Source: an uncultured Gammaproteobacteria bacterium
GTDB lineage: Bacteria > Patescibacteriota > Microgenomatia > Levybacterales > UBA12049
Assembly (NCBI GenBank): GCA_964637955.1
Contig: CAZWXQ010000001.1
Location: 21,936 to 85,935, forward strand
Reading direction: 5' to 3'
Length of the DNA stretch: 64,000 bases
Both the position numbers and the translations under genes were made by a program. The notes below the pieces were generated by a model. That model had not been told where the DNA came from. It was given only the letters and a program-made list of their open reading frames with translations, and did no database searches. Positions 1-9,557 of the stretch are shown in pieces. The first letter of the stretch is position 1. Every line of letters begins with the position of its first letter.

Positions 1-1
1 G

Positions 2-673
2 TCTCGATGTGTTTTTAGACCAAGCGATGATGAGAATGTTTTTCCATATCTCATTCCTGCAAATGCAATGACTGTAGTTGGATTACGAAAAATTAAACCC
101 ATCCTTGAAGAGTTGGGGGCCACAGAGCTTGTCAGAAGAGCACATTTAATCTCTGATCAGATCGAAAATGGAATTAATGAGTGGGGAATTGTGGAGCATA
201 AAAAGTTTGGTAAGATTTATGCGTATGAAGTGGATGGTTTTGGTTCAAATGTTATTATGGATGATCCTAATATTCCAAGTTTACTTAGTCTTCCATATCT
301 TGGATATTGCGACCTGGACGAAGAGGTTTACCAAAATACTCGCAAACTAATTCTTTCTGAGTGGAATTCATTTTTCGCAAAAGGTCAGGTGGCGTGCGGC
401 ATAACTTCGCCGCATGTTGGAGTTTGTGATCATTTTTGGCCGATGGCAACAATTATGCAAGCTCTTACTACAAATGATGAAAAAGAAATTATTGAATGTC
501 TAACGACTCTTAAGAAGACGCATGGGAAAACATTTTATATGCATGAAAGCGTAGATGTGGATGATGCTCATCATTACACTAGGCATTGGTTTGCATGGGT
601 AAATTCACTTTTTGGAGAACTTATATTGAATATTTTTGATAAGCATCAAGAAATTCTGAAAAAAGAATTTTAA
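2..673 (+). CDS. C-terminal fragment of a GH125-like (DUF1237) glycoside hydrolase, probable exo-alpha-1,6-mannosidase. The frame is open to the window edge, so the gene is 5'-truncated by the window.
   Basis: The ORF frame has no stop back to position 2. Motifs DDPNIPSLLSLPYLGY and WPMATIMQAL resemble GH125 family proteins. Confidence 0.5.
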   Translation, partial: SRCVFRPSDDENVFPYLIPANAMTVVGLRKIKPILEELGATELVRRAHLISDQIENGINEWGIVEHKKFGKIYAYEVDGFGSNVIMDDPNIPSLLSLPYLGYCDLDEEVYQNTRKLILSEWNSFFAKGQVACGITSPHVGVCDHFWPMATIMQALTTNDEKEIIECLTTLKKTHGKTFYMHESVDVDDAHHYTRHWFAWVNSLFGELILNIFDKHQEILKKEF

Positions 674-739
674 CATAACAGTAATTAGTTGCAGCCTATT
701 TCTTGACAATCGTATTCATCTTGCTGCTATTATATTTAT

Positions 740-1714
740 ATGAACTTAAAACGTTTTCGCGGTGATCCTATTCTTGAGCGAGACCCAGATCATGATTGGG
801 AAAAGGGATCAGTTCTAAATCCAGGAGTCATTTATGAAAATGGGTTTTTCCGCATGATTTACCGTGCTACAAATGATGTTCATCCAGACCAAGAAGGAGC
901 ATATATGTCATCGCTTGGTTACGCAGAAAGCGTGGATGGAATGCATTTTGAAAGATTTGAAGAACCTATTCTTTCTCCCACTGAGAGTTATGAAAATGGT
1001 TTGGGATGTGAAGATCCAAGAGTCACCAAAATAGACGGTGTCTATTATCTTTATTACACAGCGGTAGGAGGAATGGGGCATGAGCAGAAAGTAAGGATAG
1101 CTCTAGCTACTAGTAAAGATTTTATTCATTGGAATAAGCATGGAATAATAGGCCCTGATATTTTCTCAAAAGCAGCATGTCTTTTTCCGGAAAAGATAAA
1201 TGGAAAGTACACTATGCTTTTTACATTTGAAATAGAGAGTCCAAAAGCTACCATTATGATGGCACAGTTTGACGATCTATATGATCTATTTTTTCCAGAG
1301 CGTGGTTATATGAATAGAATTGTAAATGAAGAATTTGAAGATAATGTAGTCTTCAGACCAAGTGAAGGGCGAGGGAATGAAGTAGGAGCAGTGCCTATTA
1401 AAACTCCTCATGGATGGCTATTTATATATAGTGCACTTTCAACAGTGGATGACCATACGCAGTGGTCTATAAGTGCAGCACTCCTTGACCTTCATAATCC
1501 TAGGAAGATTCTCGCAAACGTAGACCATATTCTTAAGCCAGAAACTGAACGCGAAACACACGGAGTAGTAGATCATGTAGCTTTCCCAGAGGGAGCAATA
1601 GTTTTCGGAGAAAATCTTTATGTATATTACGGAAGTGGAGATCAGGGAATCTGTCTCGCAATGTGTGATTACCAAGAGCTCATGAATCACCTCCTAGATC
1701 TAGTAGGGAAATAA
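740..1714 (+). CDS. GH130 family glycosidase / beta-mannoside phosphorylase-like protein
   Basis: 324 aa with typical GH130 N-terminus (GSVLNPGVIYENGFFRMIYRA, CEDPRVTKIDGVYYLYYTA). TTGACA-N16-TGCTATTAT lies 6 nt before the ATG. Confidence 0.7.
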   Translation: MNLKRFRGDPILERDPDHDWEKGSVLNPGVIYENGFFRMIYRATNDVHPDQEGAYMSSLGYAESVDGMHFERFEEPILSPTESYENGLGCEDPRVTKIDGVYYLYYTAVGGMGHEQKVRIALATSKDFIHWNKHGIIGPDIFSKAACLFPEKINGKYTMLFTFEIESPKATIMMAQFDDLYDLFFPERGYMNRIVNEEFEDNVVFRPSEGRGNEVGAVPIKTPHGWLFIYSALSTVDDHTQWSISAALLDLHNPRKILANVDHILKPETERETHGVVDHVAFPEGAIVFGENLYVYYGSGDQGICLAMCDYQELMNHLLDLVGK

Positions 1715-1782
1715 GTCATAGAACTTATCATAGATTAATAATATATTATTTAAGCCAATTAGCTTCATGCTATACTAATGTT

Positions 1783-2817
1783 ATGATTGATGGAGCACCG
1801 GCAGGTGGTTTAGTAGAAAACCCAAGACCTATTTTTAAAATCAATCAGGAAGGAGATTCTTTTAGAGTTACGAGTCCCCATATAGATTTAAAATCTGAAG
1901 GCGATCCTCTTCTTTTCTCAGTTACTTTAGAAAAAGCAGCTACCCCAGCTCTTCCTGGAAAAACAATTGATAATATTACGATTGACTCTGAGAGTCCTAA
2001 GCTTCAGGAAATGCGCGAAGAAGCTAGGGTATTGCGAGAAATTCCTGAAAGAGAAAGACCACGCAGATTGCTAGAATTATTAAGATCAAATGTTGGCTTT
2101 GCGTATGAAGATGTAATGGCAGAAATTGCAGTTGATAGGCCTGAGACTGCAAGTTGGGTTGCTGAAAATACCGGACCTAAAGTTTACAAAAATGTAACTT
2201 TATCCCAAGTTGTGGATTATGGGTATGGAGTATGCAGGCATTTATCGGTAGCAATGCTGGATCTGGCAAGAGAAGCAGGAATGGAAGGTGCATATGCTTC
2301 TTATTCTCCTCCAATGGCGCCGACACCTGAACAGGATCCTAGATATTTAATTAAAAATGTAATACGACCAGATAATGGTAAGCCTATTTTCAGGACTGGT
2401 GCTCCTGGAGACTACGCCTGGTCTGCTCATGCTTGGGTAGAATTAAAGACAAGCGATGGAGAATGGATACCGGTTGATCCGACTACGCAGTTAGTTGGGG
2501 ATACGCTAGAAGGATTGGAAACATTTCGTGAAGCAAATTATATAGCTTTTCCTACAGCATCATTTAGGATAGATGGACTTCCTCCAGATACAAAAGATTA
2601 TGATTTTGGTTCTTTGTGGTTTTTGGCTGGAGAAGGAAAAAAAACAGGAACTATTAAAATAAATTCTAGGCTAAGGCCAAAAATATCTATAATTGGTGCT
2701 CCTGAAAAAACTACTTTTGAACCTACGTTATATTCTGGTCCTCTGGAATTTATAGCTTATTCTAAAATTCCACAAAACTCGCTAAATGTAAAAGTTGCAG
2801 ACATAAAACCAGCGTAA
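1783..2817 (+). CDS. Transglutaminase-like cysteine protease-fold protein
   Basis: Cys-His-Asp triad context: GVCRHLSVAM ... HAWVEL ... VDPT. Confidence 0.6.
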   Translation: MIDGAPAGGLVENPRPIFKINQEGDSFRVTSPHIDLKSEGDPLLFSVTLEKAATPALPGKTIDNITIDSESPKLQEMREEARVLREIPERERPRRLLELLRSNVGFAYEDVMAEIAVDRPETASWVAENTGPKVYKNVTLSQVVDYGYGVCRHLSVAMLDLAREAGMEGAYASYSPPMAPTPEQDPRYLIKNVIRPDNGKPIFRTGAPGDYAWSAHAWVELKTSDGEWIPVDPTTQLVGDTLEGLETFREANYIAFPTASFRIDGLPPDTKDYDFGSLWFLAGEGKKTGTIKINSRLRPKISIIGAPEKTTFEPTLYSGPLEFIAYSKIPQNSLNVKVADIKPA

Positions 2818-2834
2818 TTGATATAATCAAGAAG

Positions 2835-3776
2835 ATGAAAATAGTTATTCTAAATGAGTGTTTCTTGAATGAAAATCATCTCGAAAGACTTAAAAAGATT
2901 GGTGAATTAACTGTTTATAGTGATACTAATTCAGAAGATCTCGCAATTGAAAGATTGAAAGATGCAGATATTGCCTTAGCTGATTGTTTCATTTCTCCAT
3001 TAAATAAAAATGTTTTTTCTTCAATTGAAAATCTAAGATTTATAACTATAAACAGTACAGGTTATGATCTTGTCGATTTAATAACTGCAAAAGAAAAAGG
3101 AATAAAGGTTTCAAATATACCTGGTTTTGCAACTGAAGCTGTTGCAGAGCAAACAATTGCGTTAATGTTTGCAGTTAATAGAAGAATCGCCTATTTTGAT
3201 CGGGAAATGAGGCATCATCCATTTGAAACAGATCCAGAAAAAGATGCACATTTAGCAGGTTTTAATCTTGCGGGTAAAACTCTAGGAATTATTGGACTGG
3301 GTTCTATTGGCTTGCGAGTTGCAGAACTTGGTAAAGGGCTTGGCATGAAAGTGATTGCATATAATCGATCAGATAAATCATTAGATAGAGTCGAAATGGT
3401 TAGTCTTGAAGAATTATTAAAGCGATGCGATGTAGTTTCAATTCATCTGCCATTAACAGCAGAAACGGAAAAAATTATCGGAGAAGAAGAGCTTCGTATG
3501 ATGAAATCGAATGCAATTTTAATTAATACAGCTCGAGGAAAACACATAGATAATCAGGCTCTATTCCAAGTTTTAACAGAGAAGAAAATATATGGTGCTG
3601 GACTAGATATAATGGACAACGTGAATATAGATAATCCTCTTTTGAAATTAGAAAATGTAGTTCTTACGCCTCATTCTGGATGGCTCACGAAAGAATCATT
3701 TGAAAATCTTGCTGAAATGGTGGTAAGTAATGTTGAAGCTTTTTTCTCAGGATCTCCTAAGAATCTCGTGTCTTAA
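2835..3776 (+). CDS. D-isomer-specific 2-hydroxyacid dehydrogenase (glycerate/phosphoglycerate dehydrogenase family)
   Basis: NAD-binding GxGxxG (GIIGLGSIGLRVAELG), catalytic region, and TPHSGW near the C-terminus. TGATATAAT lies 7 nt upstream of the ATG. Confidence 0.8.
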   Translation: MKIVILNECFLNENHLERLKKIGELTVYSDTNSEDLAIERLKDADIALADCFISPLNKNVFSSIENLRFITINSTGYDLVDLITAKEKGIKVSNIPGFATEAVAEQTIALMFAVNRRIAYFDREMRHHPFETDPEKDAHLAGFNLAGKTLGIIGLGSIGLRVAELGKGLGMKVIAYNRSDKSLDRVEMVSLEELLKRCDVVSIHLPLTAETEKIIGEEELRMMKSNAILINTARGKHIDNQALFQVLTEKKIYGAGLDIMDNVNIDNPLLKLENVVLTPHSGWLTKESFENLAEMVVSNVEAFFSGSPKNLVS

Positions 3777-3839
3777 TTATTGAAACACAATAATTATATA
3801 TTGACAAACGATAAATAATAGCTTTTAATATATTTATCT

Positions 3840-4319
3840 ATGAAACGCGGATCCACATTATTTCTTAAATTTGCGATACTACTTATCGGAGTGGTTGCTG
3901 TCATTGCCTTGGTTCATTTCCCTACTACGGAAGGAAGAGCAAAGGACTTAGATCTATTACATGTTTACATGGATCCACTTATTATTTATGGCTACATTGC
4001 TTCAATTCCATTTTTCATCGCTCTTTATGAATTATTTAAACTTCTTGGATTGGTCGACAAGAATAAAGTTTTTTCAGAAGCGGCAGTAAAAGCAGTTAAG
4101 ATTATAAAATACTGCGCATTATTAATTCCTATCTTTATTTTTCTTGCACTATTCTATATAAGATTAAATGTGGCCGCTGGTGATGATCCAGCAGGGCCAA
4201 CTGGACTTGGCATAATAGTAAGTTTTATTTTTATAGTACTCGCTACTGGCGCTGGAGTTTTTCAAAAAATTCTTCAGAATGCTATAGACATAAAGAAGGA
4301 AAATGATTTAACCGTTTAG
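3840..4319 (+). CDS. DUF2975-like multi-pass membrane protein
   Basis: Four predicted TM helices. Typical partner of YozG-type HTH regulators, and one follows immediately. Confidence 0.5.
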   Translation: MKRGSTLFLKFAILLIGVVAVIALVHFPTTEGRAKDLDLLHVYMDPLIIYGYIASIPFFIALYELFKLLGLVDKNKVFSEAAVKAVKIIKYCALLIPIFIFLALFYIRLNVAAGDDPAGPTGLGIIVSFIFIVLATGAGVFQKILQNAIDIKKENDLTV

Positions 4320-4335
4320 GTTAGAAAGGCAGGAA

Positions 4336-4554
4336 ATGGCAATAATAGTAAATCTTGATGTCATGTTGGCAAAACGAAAAATGAGCGTTACACAGCTTTC
4401 TGAGGAAGTGGGAATTACCATGGCAAATCTTTCAATTCTAAAAAATGGAAAAGCCAAAGCGATTCGATTATCAACTCTTGAGGCGATTTGTAAAGCTTTG
4501 GACTGCCAACCTGGAGAAATCTTAGAGTATAAAAGTGACGAAAATATTGAATAG
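4336..4554 (+). CDS. YozG-family HTH (XRE/Cro-type) transcriptional regulator
   Basis: 72 aa. The HTH is MSVTQLSEEVGITMANLSILKNGKAKAIRLSTLEAICKALDCQPGEIL. Confidence 0.75.
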   Translation: MAIIVNLDVMLAKRKMSVTQLSEEVGITMANLSILKNGKAKAIRLSTLEAICKALDCQPGEILEYKSDENIE

Positions 4555-4609
4555 TATTCCTATCTTCATAGCTTGGAATTTCAGTAATTACTTTCTCATC
4601 AAATAAATA

Positions 4610-5038
4610 TTGCTTACCTTATTGATACTGTATAATCATAAAATTATAAATAAACAAATTCCCTATCAGTTGCTTATAGACAATACTAAAAAAGATGGAG
4701 GAGTAACATTTGATATTATAAATAATTCAATTGTTAAGCCTAAAGATCATTGGCTTTTTCCAAAATTTCCCTCAAAAACGTTAATTCTAAAAAGTGATGT
4801 AGGCATTAATATTGAAGTAAAATCTTTTATTGAAAATAATTTGGTTTATCTTTCTGATCAGGATACTTATTTTGGTTTATGGATTAATCCTAAAACTCAG
4901 GATTATTATCTAGATATAATTACAGCTATGGAGGACGAAAATAAGGCTATGGAGAAAGCTCGTGAATTAAGTAAAAAAGAGAGAAGGCAAATAGTTAGTA
5001 TCTATAATCCTGATAAAAATGAAACAATTTACCTCTAA
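4610..5038 (+). CDS. Hypothetical protein. The 5' end is uncertain because a TGTATAAT -10 lies inside the predicted N-terminus.
   Basis: ORF only, no recognisable family. TGTATAAT at ~4629-4636 suggests the true start is downstream of 4636. Confidence 0.3.
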   Translation: MLTLLILYNHKIINKQIPYQLLIDNTKKDGGVTFDIINNSIVKPKDHWLFPKFPSKTLILKSDVGINIEVKSFIENNLVYLSDQDTYFGLWINPKTQDYYLDIITAMEDENKAMEKARELSKKERRQIVSIYNPDKNETIYL

Positions 5039-5078
5039 AACATTATTGGTAGGATAAAATTATAATTTTGATGCCAAG

Positions 5079-5981
5079 CTACTTGACTGATTTTTTAATA
5101 AAATTCTCAACAGTTAACGCAAGTTCATCTTCATACATTTTAAAGCTGTGAGATGCGTTTTTTATGATACAAATTTTGGTATTCTCATTTTTAATTTTAT
5201 TTACTTTCTCAATATATTTTTCAACTGTTTTATCAACCATTGTAATGCCAATATCAATATCTCCGTATACAATTAATGTTGGGATTGTAATTTTGCCGAG
5301 AGGAGCATTGTCGTTTTTTATTCCATAAATATCAACTTTGGTTCCAGCTTCTGTGATGCTGGGGTATGTTTGAGCAGAAAGAGGAGTTTTATCTAGCCAA
5401 CACTGTGATGCAACTAATTCTTCATTTTTACCTTTTGATAAAAGTTCTTTAGCTTTCTGTAAATACTCATTGTTTTTGGGATCAGTTTCTGCCCAGCTTA
5501 CCATATCAGTTGGAGCTAGTAAGATAGATGAGATAATTTTTTCTTTATTTTTAGAAACTAAATAATTTACAACCTTGCTTGCACCAAGTGAATGTCCTAA
5601 TAAAATAAATTTGGTTTTGCCTAAGCTTTTTAAATAATCTATAGCACCTTGTATATCGGATTCACTTTCTTTAAAAATTTCAAAACAGCTTCCGCCGTGT
5701 TTTGTTCCTTCGCCCCAATTATCTTCTTCTCCGTCTTTCCAGAATGAATTAATTATTCCACTTCCCCTAGTATCAATTGCGAAGAAAGAAATATTATTAG
5801 CGCTAAACATTTCTCGAAGATTGTCAAGGAAATAATTTTCATATCCATTTCCTGACATTCCATGAATATGAATTGCTGCAGTATTGCTGTTTTTATTGGT
5901 GAGCCATCCTCGAAGCTCAATATTGTCCGTCGTTTTAAATCTTACAAAATCAACATTAATTGTTTTTGATTTAATATTCAT
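5079..5981 (-). CDS. Alpha/beta-hydrolase fold serine hydrolase (esterase/lipase-like)
   Basis: GHSLGAS nucleophile elbow and HGMSGNGYE oxyanion region. TGTTATAAT lies 6 nt upstream of the ATG (plus 5988-5996). Confidence 0.7.
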   Translation of the reverse strand: MNIKSKTINVDFVRFKTTDNIELRGWLTNKNSNTAAIHIHGMSGNGYENYFLDNLREMFSANNISFFAIDTRGSGIINSFWKDGEEDNWGEGTKHGGSCFEIFKESESDIQGAIDYLKSLGKTKFILLGHSLGASKVVNYLVSKNKEKIISSILLAPTDMVSWAETDPKNNEYLQKAKELLSKGKNEELVASQCWLDKTPLSAQTYPSITEAGTKVDIYGIKNDNAPLGKITIPTLIVYGDIDIGITMVDKTVEKYIEKVNKIKNENTKICIIKNASHSFKMYEDELALTVENFIKKSVK

Positions 5982-5988
5982 GCACAGA

Positions 5989-6225
5989 TTATAACAAATT
6001 GAGGATGGATTTTTTTTGCAATAAATTTAGTCGCAATAAATAATTAGCCTCTTTTAAGAGGCAGTAATTAATTTTTCCAAATCTTTTCCGCATTACTAGT
6101 TTTCCATCAGATTCAGCAATTTTTTTAGCTTTATTAATATATTCTTTAGTTTTTTCTGGCTCTACAGTATTTAGAAATTCTTTTGGATATTGAGTAGAAA
6201 TTTTTGTTTTAGGCTCTGCCATCAT
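5989..6225 (-). CDS. Small hypothetical protein
   Basis: 78-aa ORF. TGATATAAT lies 6 nt upstream of the ATG. Confidence 0.35.
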   Translation of the reverse strand: MMAEPKTKISTQYPKEFLNTVEPEKTKEYINKAKKIAESDGKLVMRKRFGKINYCLLKEANYLLRLNLLQKKSILNLL

Positions 6226-6260
6226 GAGATTATATCAAATGATGTTAATGGAATCTGAAA

Positions 6261-6944
6261 TTAATCTTTTGTGGAACTAAAGCCTTTTATAAGAATCCAG
6301 AAACCTATTACTAACTCAAATGGAACATAGGGTAGGTATATTAATGTTGGAACAGTTTGCCCAAAAACAGTAAAAAGTGTTGCAGATAGAATTATACTTG
6401 CACCAATGATTCCCCAAATTGAAAGTAATCGAGGGATAAGTTTTGATTTATAAAAAATGTAGTAGAAAAGAATAGCTCCAATGCTAAACGGTAAAAGTGC
6501 GAGTGTCATACCAAAACCCATGGTTTGAAATGAAAGATTTCCTAAAGCCTGAAGTAATGCTTGTCCACCTGATAATGCATATTCATGACTAATACCTAAA
6601 AGAATAAATGCCCAAAGCATGCTTGATGCAAGAATTGTACCTTCTAGAATATATAGTCCAAATCCTACCGTTGCTGCTTTTTTATTTTCTTTCTTAAGAG
6701 CTATATAAAGCATAGATCCGAGGAACACTATTCCGATAGCTGTGATAACTTGCCCTAAAATACTTATCCTGATTATTAAATCATTTGAAGCAATATTATT
6801 TAAATTTAAATTTACTATTTCATTTGTAGGAAGTGAGTTGCCTGGTAAAACTTTGCTGGGAATTAGTCCACTAATTAGTGAGGTGAAAAACTGAAATAAA
6901 AACGCGAAACCTAATAATCTTTGGGTATTTTTATCAAGGTTCAT
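6261..6944 (-). CDS. DUF4386-like integral membrane protein (tentative)
   Basis: Six TM segments with a family-like N-terminus. TGATATAAT-N6-ATG. Confidence 0.45.
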   Translation of the reverse strand: MNLDKNTQRLLGFAFLFQFFTSLISGLIPSKVLPGNSLPTNEIVNLNLNNIASNDLIIRISILGQVITAIGIVFLGSMLYIALKKENKKAATVGFGLYILEGTILASSMLWAFILLGISHEYALSGGQALLQALGNLSFQTMGFGMTLALLPFSIGAILFYYIFYKSKLIPRLLSIWGIIGASIILSATLFTVFGQTVPTLIYLPYVPFELVIGFWILIKGFSSTKD

Positions 6945-7016
6945 CCAACAATTATATCAAAAGAAAATTATTTGGATAAATCTTTATTGCGTAATTAATG
7001 TAATATATTTTAATTT

Positions 7017-7250
7017 CTAATCTTGAGCGCCATCTCGAATTTCTTGAGCCTTCCTGTCTGCTTCACTCTTAACCCTATCAGCTTCTTCATCAGCTAGTCG
7101 TTGTTTATCATAAGCGGCTTGCTGGTCAGCAGCATCTTTTTGCTCTTGAGCCTGCTGGTCTATCTGATCTTTTTTCTTCTGTAAGTCATTATCGACCATA
7201 AAATATCCTCCTTTAATTATTAATGATAGGAAATAGTTTTTAGAAAACAA
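7017..7250 (-). CDS. Small Q/D/E/A-rich helical protein
   Basis: 77-aa ORF. Unusually for this window it has a canonical AGGAGG Shine-Dalgarno 8 nt upstream. Confidence 0.4.
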   Translation of the reverse strand: MFSKNYFLSLIIKGGYFMVDNDLQKKKDQIDQQAQEQKDAADQQAAYDKQRLADEEADRVKSEADRKAQEIRDGAQD

Positions 7251-7307
7251 TTAAGAAATCGTAAGAATTTTGAAAGAGGCTAATCTAAAAATTATTAATT
7301 AAAATGT

Positions 7308-8390
7308 TTAATTTTTAGTGAAAGAAAATCCTCTACCATCTCTAATAATCTTGCTACTAACACCTGAAAGATTAGCTATAATATGTTGCTTTTGATCATC
7401 AAGCTTTTGATATTCTCTTTGTCTTAATTTAGATAAGCCAATTTTCATTATTTGCCCTCCTAAATAATAAAATCTCTCTCTTTCATTTAAAGGTCTTTCT
7501 TTTACTTTTTCCTCTTCTTCAGTAATTTCATCATCTGTTAAAACATCAAGTCTTTTAAGAGTATTTATTGCTTCATCAAGTGCTTTTTCCTCTTCTTCAG
7601 CATTTCCTGGCTGAGATGCTTTCCTTTTTGCTGCTTCAAAATATTCTATTTTATTAGCCAAATCAAGCATCGCTTTTCTATTTATACCTTCAGGGATATT
7701 TCTAATATTTAAAACAGCACTTGAAGAAATACCACGATAGCCTGGATGAGACCCGGTAAAACCTGTTCCAACAAATCTACCACCTTGTGGAATTCTACTT
7801 ATAGTAGTACTTACAACTTCTTCAAAAACTTTTGGTCCCAAATATCTTAAACTTTCAATTGCAAACGCTAAATCTACCGTATTAATTCCATGAGAATCTA
7901 GGAAAGCTTCAAGGGATTGAGTTCGAGAAAGAGTGTAATAAAAATTTTTTACATTTATTTGTTGATTTATGGCTTGGTTAAGAGAATCTATTTTTGAATA
8001 GTCAATTGCTATTGGTTTTTCTGTATCCTGTAGATTTGGTTCTTGGCTATCCGTAAGGCCAATTACATTTAGTCTTAATCCAGGATTATCAACTAAAAAA
8101 GCTTTTAATTTTAAACTCTGAAGATTGTATTCTTTTAAATCTTTCATCATAAATCCATCACCACTTCCTATATCTATAACTGTTACTTCGCTTCTGCCAT
8201 TTACAACCGCATCTTTGAGCCTATCAAGCATTAAACTATCTACTGATTCACCGGTTTCAGTGATAAGACCATCTATTGAACTTATTCCTCTTGCAAAATA
8301 TTTAGGTTCAGTCGGACCAAGGTATAGGCCAGTAACTGCTTTAGTGTCTGGGGGTGTAGCTGGAGGCAGCTCAGTTCCTAAATCGCTCAT
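7308..8390 (-). CDS. Class I SAM-dependent methyltransferase domain protein with a charged coiled C-terminal region
   Basis: Motif I is VIDIGSGDGFMMKDL. Confidence 0.5.
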   Translation of the reverse strand: MSDLGTELPPATPPDTKAVTGLYLGPTEPKYFARGISSIDGLITETGESVDSLMLDRLKDAVVNGRSEVTVIDIGSGDGFMMKDLKEYNLQSLKLKAFLVDNPGLRLNVIGLTDSQEPNLQDTEKPIAIDYSKIDSLNQAINQQINVKNFYYTLSRTQSLEAFLDSHGINTVDLAFAIESLRYLGPKVFEEVVSTTISRIPQGGRFVGTGFTGSHPGYRGISSSAVLNIRNIPEGINRKAMLDLANKIEYFEAAKRKASQPGNAEEEEKALDEAINTLKRLDVLTDDEITEEEEKVKERPLNERERFYYLGGQIMKIGLSKLRQREYQKLDDQKQHIIANLSGVSSKIIRDGRGFSFTKN

Positions 8391-8449
8391 TGATTTTGAT
8401 TATATCAAAAGCAATATCAAATCAGGTTCTTTTTGATATTTTTGACAGC

Positions 8450-8917
8450 TCAATTACAAAGTGATGGATTGTCCTTACAGAATTGCTGTTGTTTTTGAAT
8501 AGTTTCTTGAGTTCTTTTTTGAGCATCATTAAATTCTTTATTAAAGTTATCTATCCATTCTTTGCTGCCTAATTCTCCCGGCTTTGGAGTGGCATATGTA
8601 GGCGGTTTATAAGTGTCATTCGAAACACTCTTTTTATAAATTATTACAACAGTTGGAGCTGGCGCTTCGGTAGGCTCTATAGTAGGTTCAGCTGTTGGAT
8701 CTGGAATCATAGTTGGTATTGGTGCTTCTAATGCTTTTGAAATTGAATCAATATTCTTTTTAATGGGGTTAACTATTCTATTATTAATTTCTCCTGATTT
8801 AATTAATGCATAAGCAGATGAAGTAGCTAGAATCGTAATTAATAAAATAATTATTGTGAGAGTTAAGCCTGCTCGAAATGTAACTTGTTTTATATTTGTA
8901 TATTTTTTTGGTTTCAC
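8450..8917 (-). CDS. Membrane-anchored hypothetical protein with a Pro/Thr-rich linker and a C-terminal Cys pair
   Basis: N-terminal TM, linker PTAEPTIEPTEAPAPT, then a C-x7-C tail. Overlaps the LemA stop by 4 nt, so it is co-transcribed. Confidence 0.45.
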   Translation of the reverse strand: MKPKKYTNIKQVTFRAGLTLTIIILLITILATSSAYALIKSGEINNRIVNPIKKNIDSISKALEAPIPTMIPDPTAEPTIEPTEAPAPTVVIIYKKSVSNDTYKPPTYATPKPGELGSKEWIDNFNKEFNDAQKRTQETIQKQQQFCKDNPSLCN

Positions 8918-9450
8918 GTAGTTTGGAAAAAATCTTCTTCGTAGAATTTAAAAATAAAAGCAGCCAAAAGATTTGGAAAAGTTTGAATACTATTATTATA
9001 TTCCTGAACAGATCGGTTATAGTCTTCTCTATAGTGAGCTATATTGTCTTCCGTTTCTTTTAAATCTCTCTGAAGCTGAAGATAGTTTTCATTAGCTTTT
9101 AGCTCAGGATAATTTTCGACAACCATAAATATTGATTTTAATGTTTGAGTTAATAAGTTATCTGCCTGAGCCTTTTCTTGAACAGTTTTTGAATTATCTA
9201 GAGCAGATCTCGCTTCTGTGACTTGTGTGAATGTGGATTTTTCATGTTTTGCATATCCTTGAACAATTTCGACCAATTTGCCAATCAGAGAAGAGCGTCT
9301 TGTAAGTTGGATATCTATGTCAGAAAAATCGGTTTTAACTTGATTTCGATTTTTAATAAATGAGTTGTATCTTGTCAAAAGAAAAATTAAAACCAAAATT
9401 AAGATAATTGCTAAAACTCCAAGTACTGGAAATAGATTATTCATGTTCAT
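8914..9450 (-). CDS. lemA: LemA family protein
   Basis: N-terminal TM plus the characteristic LemA core (RYNSFIKNRNQVKTDFSDIDIQLTRRSSLIGKLVE). Confidence 0.75.
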   Translation of the reverse strand: MNMNNLFPVLGVLAIILILVLIFLLTRYNSFIKNRNQVKTDFSDIDIQLTRRSSLIGKLVEIVQGYAKHEKSTFTQVTEARSALDNSKTVQEKAQADNLLTQTLKSIFMVVENYPELKANENYLQLQRDLKETEDNIAHYREDYNRSVQEYNNSIQTFPNLLAAFIFKFYEEDFFQTT

Positions 9451-9557
9451 ATATTTATATTAGCATTTAAGTACTTAAACTCAAGTACTTAACTCTGATA
9501 ATCAAATCAAAATAGATAAATTAAATATATATTTTTTGAGGTTAGCTGGCTGCAGAT

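Noticed and set aside
8125-8436. Plus-strand 103-aa ORF
   Set aside because: It is antisense inside the methyltransferase-domain gene, and its translation is low-complexity S/P-rich.
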